Below, in pieces: positions 34,392 through 39,055 of a stretch of DNA of 39,055 bases; within the stretch, counting starts at the first letter, position 1; each line of letters starts with the position of its first letter. The stretch is from a virus. The stretch is taken from the IMG/VR virus record IMGVR_UViG_3300017408_000002, one strand, 5' to 3'. The position numbers were made by a program, and so were the translations under genes. The notes under the pieces are model-generated. The model made no database searches, was not told the DNA's origin, and saw nothing but the letters and a program-made list of their open reading frames with translations.

Positions 34392-35035
34392 TGACCGACG
34401 CAAGCAACGAGGTGGTGCTGCTGCCGTGTCCGTTTTGTGGGGGCGAGTGGGGTTTAGGACAGGAGCCGGACGACAATTATCCTTTCCAAAGCATGTGGTA
34501 TTTATACCATAAGTCTCCACGCTGCTTTTGGAATTGGTCGCCCCCTCATTTCGCCAATCGTGATGCAGCCGTGTTTGCTTGGAACCACCGCATCGCCCAC
34601 TCCGATCCCCGCCCGGTTGCGGAAGGTCTGCGGGAGGCGTTAGTCGGACTGTGCAGCGCTTATGTGGCCCTTGATACCGAAGGCCACCGCCATGCTGCCG
34701 GGTCTTGGTATCAACACGCTCGCACCACCCTCGCCACCCATAGCCCCGCACCGATGGCGGGGGAGGAAGCTTGCCCGGTATGCAACGGAGACTGCGGCAG
34801 CGCGAATCCGCCCGTGATGTTCTGCCCGATGCGTGACATGCCTGCCCCCCATAGCCCCACGCCGGTGATGATTCCGGCAGGCTACGTGCTGGTGCCGGTC
34901 GAGCCGACCGAGGCGATGATACAGGCGGTTTGGAAAGCAACATTGGGCGGCTCGTTGCTTGCCGCTGAACGTGCAGCACGCGCCATGATAGCCGCCGCCC
35001 ATCCTTCGACGCAGGAGGGCGCTGACCGTGGCTGA
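34391..35035 (+). CDS. Lar-like restriction-alleviation domain fused to a Cys-rich C-terminal extension (214 aa)
   Basis: VVLLPCPFCGGEW...C...RDAAVFAWNHR follows the Lar family pattern (CPFCGG ... eAi.aWNrR). Followed by CPVCNGDCGSANPPVMFCP and VPVEPTEAMIQAV. TGATG overlap. Confidence 0.5.
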   Translation: MTDASNEVVLLPCPFCGGEWGLGQEPDDNYPFQSMWYLYHKSPRCFWNWSPPHFANRDAAVFAWNHRIAHSDPRPVAEGLREALVGLCSAYVALDTEGHRHAAGSWYQHARTTLATHSPAPMAGEEACPVCNGDCGSANPPVMFCPMRDMPAPHSPTPVMIPAGYVLVPVEPTEAMIQAVWKATLGGSLLAAERAARAMIAAAHPSTQEGADRG

Positions 35036-35219
35036 TAGCGAGACTTACAGCACTGACGCCCCTGAATGCCCCTACTGCGGGTACAAGCAGGGCCACGACG
35101 GCGGCTATTTCTACGACGAGGACCTGACCGAAACCGAGTGCGGCTCGTGCGAGCGACTATTCGAGGTCGAGGTGTATCACCGCACGTCGTGGACGTGCCG
35201 CCCAAAGGACGCAGCATGA
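35028..35219 (+). CDS. Zinc-ribbon protein (63 aa)
   Basis: CPYCG-x25-CGSC four-Cys ribbon. GTG start overlapping the upstream end. Confidence 0.5.
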   Translation: MADSETYSTDAPECPYCGYKQGHDGGYFYDEDLTETECGSCERLFEVEVYHRTSWTCRPKDAA

Positions 35220-36475
35220 CCTCTTCCCCCACTCCCGCTGTGCTGCCCGATGCGCGGGCGCTGGTTGCGCAGTTCGGCCGCCAAGTCGGACATTGCTACG
35301 AGTTCGGCACCGGGCTCGAAATCTCGGGCAAAGCCGCGCTCGATCTGTTCCATGCGATCAACACCGTCCTCGCCACCCCGCCCGCGAGCGATGCCGCGGT
35401 TCCGGCGGGGGAGGTGTGCGATCTGTGCAACGGCGGTGGACGCAACAATCACAGCCAGCTTTGGCCAGATTATCCGCCTGCATGTCGTGCTTGCAATGGA
35501 ACGGGACGCCTCGCCGCAGCCCCCAAGGTCGCGAGCGAAAGCCTCACCGCCAACACGACCGACGTGGTGGAAGGCGTGTGCCTCCCCCTCAAAGCGTTGC
35601 AGCCCGGATACAACCCGCTCAACGGCTTTGTGACCGACAACCTGCCGCGTTGGATTTTGGACGGCTGGACTGACGGTAACGAGCAGTGGGAGGAAGCATC
35701 CGAGCCAATGCAGGATATGGCGTCGAGCGCGGCCCGTGCCGTTATCGATGGCATCCGCGCAGACATGGAAAGCCTAGAACCTGATGCCCCCAAGGTCGCG
35801 AGCGACACCGGGGCGGGGAACCTCGACTGGCGTAGGATCGCTAAGTTGGCGGGCGAGCATGGTATCCGGTATCGGACCAACGCTGCATCAGAGAAGTTCC
35901 TCGAAGCCCTAGCCACCCCCACCGATGCGACGGACGGGGCGACGGGCGGCGGGGAGGGGTTTTTAGAAGCTATCCATGAAGCCACGCCAGCAGGGGAGTG
36001 GATCACAGTCCGGCATACTCCCAATGGAGATTGGGCCGTCCGCAACCCGCCGCATAAGGCATTTGGTGGGTACGGGACAGATGTGGATATGGGGGAAGAA
36101 TGGACGTTCACGCCTGACGATCGCGAAAAAGCGGCGATCCTGTCGCTGTGTGCCGATCAAGAGTTGTCACCGACCGCCGTCATGCGTCAGGCCCTGCGCC
36201 TGTACCAGCATGACCACTGCCGTCGCAAGGATGGCGAGACGGTCACATGGTCGGGCGACGATCAGCGCGCTCGCGACTTTGCCGGCCCTCTCGCCACCAC
36301 CCCCGGCGGGGACTTGCTGGAACAGGCGGCGGGGTATCTGTCCGACTATGCGCGCTTCATTCGGGATGACGTGAAGGCTGACGATTTGGAACGGCACCCG
36401 TATCTGCCCGCGCTTGAGCAGACGGTTGCCGATCTGATCGCCCTCAAGCCTGCTGGCGACGGGGGTGAGGCATGA
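35216..36475 (+). CDS. 419-aa orphan multidomain protein: two DnaJ-type CxxCxGxG fingers, APKVAS repeats, RHH-like segment
   Basis: ATGA overlap at 35216. CDLCNGGG and CRACNGTG. FTPDDREKAAILSLCADQELSPTAVMRQALRLYQ resembles a ribbon-helix-helix. No family recognised. Confidence 0.55.
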   Translation: MTSSPTPAVLPDARALVAQFGRQVGHCYEFGTGLEISGKAALDLFHAINTVLATPPASDAAVPAGEVCDLCNGGGRNNHSQLWPDYPPACRACNGTGRLAAAPKVASESLTANTTDVVEGVCLPLKALQPGYNPLNGFVTDNLPRWILDGWTDGNEQWEEASEPMQDMASSAARAVIDGIRADMESLEPDAPKVASDTGAGNLDWRRIAKLAGEHGIRYRTNAASEKFLEALATPTDATDGATGGGEGFLEAIHEATPAGEWITVRHTPNGDWAVRNPPHKAFGGYGTDVDMGEEWTFTPDDREKAAILSLCADQELSPTAVMRQALRLYQHDHCRRKDGETVTWSGDDQRARDFAGPLATTPGGDLLEQAAGYLSDYARFIRDDVKADDLERHPYLPALEQTVADLIALKPAGDGGEA

Positions 36476-36813
36476 GCGGGGCTGTCTTCTATTGGATTGG
36501 CGTAGGCGCAGTCAGCGTCATCACGGCTGGTGCAGTTCTGGCAGGACTGACGGTGATTTACGCCGCGCTTTTGCATGGTAGATTTTACCTGATCTTCTTT
36601 CGCAAAACGGACCGCCGGCTATCGCTAGCATCTTGGTACAATGCCCGGATGATGAGTGACGAACATTTTGGAGCGGATGACTTCCCGATAGCGCAGCGAC
36701 CGTTCTTGCTCTCTTATGACATCGGCAAGCGCAGGATATTCATCATGGCTGGTGTGATGGAAGATCGTCGCCATTCGCCGATTGAAGGCAAGCATCCGGA
36801 GTATTCTGCATGA
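36472..36813 (+). CDS. N-terminally membrane-anchored protein (113 aa)
   Basis: ATGA overlap. VFYWIGVGAVSVITAGAVLAGLTVIYAALL hydrophobic N-terminus. GC somewhat lower than the flanks. Confidence 0.5.
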   Translation: MSGAVFYWIGVGAVSVITAGAVLAGLTVIYAALLHGRFYLIFFRKTDRRLSLASWYNARMMSDEHFGADDFPIAQRPFLLSYDIGKRRIFIMAGVMEDRRHSPIEGKHPEYSA

Positions 36814-37064
36814 CCACCGACGTTGCAGCGATCTGCGCGGGGCTGACGAAGGCGCAGCGGGAAACCGTCATGCGGTGGTCCGGCAATCATAGCGAGGTGA
36901 TCGACCCAGCGCTTGACCCGCTTTGGTACTGCATCATCAAAGACGCGCCGGATCGGTTCAGGCTCAGCCCAACAAATCTCGGCCTCGCCGTCCGCGCCGC
37001 CCTCCAGCAGAATGACGAAGGGGCATTGACCTCACCCACCCCCAACAAGGATGAGGCGCGATGA
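36810..37064 (+). CDS. Hypothetical protein (84 aa)
   Basis: ORF track. ATGA overlap. Confidence 0.5.
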   Translation: MTTDVAAICAGLTKAQRETVMRWSGNHSEVIDPALDPLWYCIIKDAPDRFRLSPTNLGLAVRAALQQNDEGALTSPTPNKDEAR

Positions 37065-37270
37065 GCGAATACAGCGACCCGATCAAAGCATTGCGCCTGA
37101 AGGTGAAGGACATGCAGTGGCAGGCTGAAAAGCTACGCCGTGAGGCTCGTGACCTCGATCTGCGCGCCAGGGAGATTTACAACGCGTCGATCGACATCGA
37201 CTTGCTGACCGACAAAATCGAGAAGGCGCAGACGCCACACCCCGCAAAGGACACTGACGATGGCGAGTGA
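37061..37270 (+). CDS. Coiled-coil protein (69 aa)
   Basis: ORF track. ATGA overlap. KALRLKVKDMQWQAEKLRREARDLDLRAREIYN. Confidence 0.5.
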   Translation: MSEYSDPIKALRLKVKDMQWQAEKLRREARDLDLRAREIYNASIDIDLLTDKIEKAQTPHPAKDTDDGE

Positions 37271-37430
37271 GGCTGAACCCGACGCCTATGGCCGCACTGG
37301 CGAGCAAAGCGAATGCTGGACCTGCATTGGCAGTGGCATGGAGTGGGGCGAAACCTGCGTGGTCTGTGGCGGCTATGGTTGGGTCCGCGATGACGCCCGA
37401 GCCGCCACCATGGGAGGCAGCGATGATTGA
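37260..37430 (+). CDS. 56-aa DnaJ-type zinc-finger micro-protein (two CxxCxGxG; below the ORF-track cutoff)
   Basis: Hand translation: MASEAEPDAYGRTGEQSECWTCIGSGMEWGETCVVCGGYGWVRDDARAATMGGSDD*. Overlaps the neighbours by 11 and 8 nt. Confidence 0.5.
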   Translation: MASEAEPDAYGRTGEQSECWTCIGSGMEWGETCVVCGGYGWVRDDARAATMGGSDD

Positions 37431-37734
37431 GGTAACAGGCAATGATCTAGCCGCGGCGGACGCGGTAATCGAAAGTGTCGAATGGCAGATGAGTAACTTC
37501 ATGCCCGCGAAAGGCGAGGGCGGCGAGGCATGTAGATCGCGGCGGCTACATGCGGCTATCGCTGAGGCTGTTCGTGATGCCCGCCAGCAAGCCGAGGATG
37601 CGATGCGGGAGCGGTGTGCGGCCATCGCGGACGGGCAGAAGGAGAAGTGGGGGCGCCACGCCTATGTCGTCGCCACGGCTGACTCAATCGCCGCCGCCAT
37701 CCGCGGCATCGACGCTGGTGGGGAGGGTGAGTGA
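37423..37734 (+). CDS. Hypothetical protein (103 aa); the track ORF 37267 start is probably over-extended
   Basis: MIEVTGNDLAAADAV... begins at the ATG overlapping the micro-ORF stop. ERCAAIADG motif. Confidence 0.45.
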   Translation: MIEVTGNDLAAADAVIESVEWQMSNFMPAKGEGGEACRSRRLHAAIAEAVRDARQQAEDAMRERCAAIADGQKEKWGRHAYVVATADSIAAAIRGIDAGGEGE

Positions 37735-37925
37735 TGGATTGGGTCGAGTGGAATGGAGGCGAATGCCCGTTCGGGGACGATACTATCGTTGATATCAGGA
37801 CACGTATTGATGAATACCCGCAACAGCGCGCGCGAGGTTGGCATTGGGCTACGTGGGCACATGAACCGACGCATCACTTCGGAAATAACAGCGACATCAT
37901 CGCATATCGCGTGGTGTCGGCATGA
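37734..37925 (+). CDS. Conserved small phage protein (WNGGECP ... DIIAYR motif), 63 aa
   Basis: MDWVEWNGGECPFGDDTIVDIR...WATWAHE...SDIIAYRV is a recurrent uncharacterised phage signature. GGGGAGGG SD. TGATG overlap. Confidence 0.55.
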   Translation: MDWVEWNGGECPFGDDTIVDIRTRIDEYPQQRARGWHWATWAHEPTHHFGNNSDIIAYRVVSA

Positions 37926-38104
37926 CAGACAAAAACTCGTTGCGGACAGATGATGTCCGCAGGGTCGCTAAGGCGATCTACGACGACTGCCATGGCTGGT
38001 TTGACGAACGCTTGGATATCGGACCCGATGACATGGAAGATACTGCCCGCGCCGCCATCGCAGCGCTCGATCAGGTGAGGGGTCAGGCAGATCCTTCAGG
38101 ATAA
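37922..38104 (+). CDS. Hypothetical protein (60 aa), last gene of the rightward arm
   Basis: ORF track. ATGA overlap. Confidence 0.45.
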   Translation: MTDKNSLRTDDVRRVAKAIYDDCHGWFDERLDIGPDDMEDTARAAIAALDQVRGQADPSG

Positions 38105-38307
38105 CTGAAGCTATCCGCCAATCCCTCAACCCAATCCAGATACTGATATGCCACTACCTGCTGGGTGAACGTTGGGCTGACCTTCTTGGAGGAACTGCCC
38201 GCGTCTACCCAGACGGACCACTGGCCGTCATGCAGTTTGACATAAGCCCGACCGCCTGCCGGGATTTCCGGCGGTAGCTTGCCTAGCAGGCGGTCCAGCT
38301 TACTCAC
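38083..38307 (-). CDS. Hypothetical protein (74 aa), last gene of the long leftward arm
   Basis: ORF track. ATGA-type coupling to the upstream gene. 22-nt convergent overlap with 37922..38104. Confidence 0.45.
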   Translation of the reverse strand: MSKLDRLLGKLPPEIPAGGRAYVKLHDGQWSVWVDAGSSSKKVSPTFTQQVVAYQYLDWVEGLADSFSYPEGSA

Positions 38308-38657
38308 TTGAGGCCCAAGACCTTCAGCAGCAGCGAGCCGATCGTCTCTGCCTTCTTGCTGACGGTCGAGTTGAACACGTCCTGCACGAAAGCGCGACCG
38401 ATGTCCTCGACCTCCTTCAGGCCCTTGGTGATACCGCCAGCCTTCAGCGCATCGACCAGCAGCGGCAGCGTGTTGACCACTACCGCTTCAAACTTCTCAG
38501 GACCGCTAAGCGTGCTGCTGGTAAGTGCCTTGATATCCGCAGCCACCGCGGCGCCGACTTCGGTGTTTTTGAGAGCTGCAATGGCCTTCTGCGCGTCAGT
38601 AAGCTCGATGACGGCGGTGATGTTCTTCTTGCTAAATAGCTTGCTGAAAAAGCTCAT
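38304..38657 (-). CDS. Soluble amphipathic helical protein (117 aa) in the lysis cassette
   Basis: ORF track. K-rich N-terminus MSFFSKLFSKK and amphipathic C-terminus IGSLLLKVLGLK. No TM segment. Confidence 0.5.
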   Translation of the reverse strand: MSFFSKLFSKKNITAVIELTDAQKAIAALKNTEVGAAVAADIKALTSSTLSGPEKFEAVVVNTLPLLVDALKAGGITKGLKEVEDIGRAFVQDVFNSTVSKKAETIGSLLLKVLGLK

Positions 38658-38662
38658 GGTTT

Positions 38663-38899
38663 TTACTCCTTCGGTGTCGTGACGTTGATGTCGCCGCTAT
38701 CGGTGGATGCGGCCGGTGCGCGCTGTGTCGGAATGCGCAGAATACCGATCAAGCCGCCGGTGATGGTGCCTAGCCCAAACACTTCTGCTTTGCCTAGCAA
38801 CTCCGGCACCATAGCCGCAGCGACGATGGCGATAGCAAATACCAGTGCCAGCGTGAACAGGGTGGCTAGATAGGCGATAAGCTGTTCGTGAGCGCTCAT
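38663..38899 (-). CDS. Two-TM membrane protein (78 aa) immediately downstream of the endolysin
   Basis: ATGA overlap with the endolysin stop. LIAYLATLFTLALVFAIAIVAAAMV and VFGLGTITGGLIGIL. Confidence 0.55.
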   Translation of the reverse strand: MSAHEQLIAYLATLFTLALVFAIAIVAAAMVPELLGKAEVFGLGTITGGLIGILRIPTQRAPAASTDSGDINVTTPKE

Positions 38900-39055
38900 G
38901 ACCGATACACAGCCGCTTCAGCCGCGCGACGGCGCGTCAGGCCCGCCAGCACCTTGCCACTGGCCTTGTTCCAACGGGCAAACTCAGCGGCAGCACCGGC
39001 GTAGTCCCCAGCCTTGTGCTTCTTGATGAGCGTGGACGATGCGAGCGCACCTGTC
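38896..39055 (-). CDS. Endolysin C-terminal segment (same gene as 1..372). 38965-39055 duplicates 1-91.
   Basis: The frame continues exactly across the junction: ...WNK|ASGKVLAGLTRRRAAEAAVYRS*. Stop TGA at 38896-38898. Joined gene is 441 nt (146 aa). Confidence 0.8.
   Translation of the reverse strand, partial: TGALASSTLIKKHKAGDYAGAAAEFARWNKASGKVLAGLTRRRAAEAAVYRS
38965..39055. repeat. Terminal overlap copy 2, identical to 1..91
   Basis: Same 91 nt as the window start. Confidence 0.95.

Noticed and set aside
33744-35096. 450-aa minus-strand ORF spanning five plus-strand genes
   Set aside because: Its Arg/Ser/Pro-rich low-complexity translation is characteristic of a wrong frame in GC-rich DNA. 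The plus strand shows ATGA/TGATG coupling and recognisable motifs (Lar-like CPFCGG...WNHR, Zn ribbon).
37267-37422. N-terminal 52 codons of the 155-aa track ORF
   Set aside because: The Ala/Pro/Trp-rich translation has no features, whereas the overlapping frame encodes two perfect CxxCxGxG motifs. The downstream protein more plausibly starts at ATG 37423.

Overview
The window is a complete dsDNA phage genome on a circularly closed or circularly permuted contig. Bases 1-91 are identical to 38965-39055, so the unique length is 38,964 bp. A GH24 lysozyme gene is intact only when the two ends are joined.

Composition: the backbone is GC-rich (hand-counted 60-nt lines give about 60-67% GC). Several islands are clearly AT-richer: the tailspike body, a GNAT gene in the tail module, an HNH gene, a 55-codon micro-ORF and a Mom-like gene.

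Gene layout: genes are packed with ATGA/TGATG/GTGA stop-start overlaps and form four arms.
- Arm A, minus strand, 26271 down through 1 and on to 38083: HTH regulator, primase-helicase, iteron/terminator region, HNH, small genes, candidate late promoter, TerS-like, TerL, portal, scaffold, major capsid, head and tail proteins, fibre, ejection proteins, tailspike, lysis cassette.
- Arm B, plus strand, 26357-32016: Sak4-like ATPase, DUF669-like protein, YqaJ exonuclease, Mom-like GNAT-fold protein, DEAH helicase, VRR-NUC.
- Arm C, minus strand, 33465-32008: Cro-like HTH plus six small genes.
- Arm D, plus strand, 33555-38104: 14 coupled small or orphan genes rich in Zn-binding motifs, including a Lar-like restriction-alleviation fusion.

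The architecture looks short-tailed (P22/epsilon15-like): tailspike, ejection proteins and a portal with a long C-terminal helix, with no tube, sheath or chaperone-frameshift genes. I saw no integrase, CI-type repressor, partition genes, DNA polymerase, tRNA, CRISPR array or reverse transcriptase.

All family assignments come from motifs read by eye and remembered family signatures. None has been checked against a database.

Most interesting candidates:
- the Zn-finger trio at 34391-36475 within the orphan arm D
- the low-GC Mom-like DNA-modification candidate
- the TTGGGGA iteron/palindrome next to the primase-helicase
- the GNAT moron inside the tail/ejection module
- the 15-bp operator pair in the divergent 33466-33554 control region
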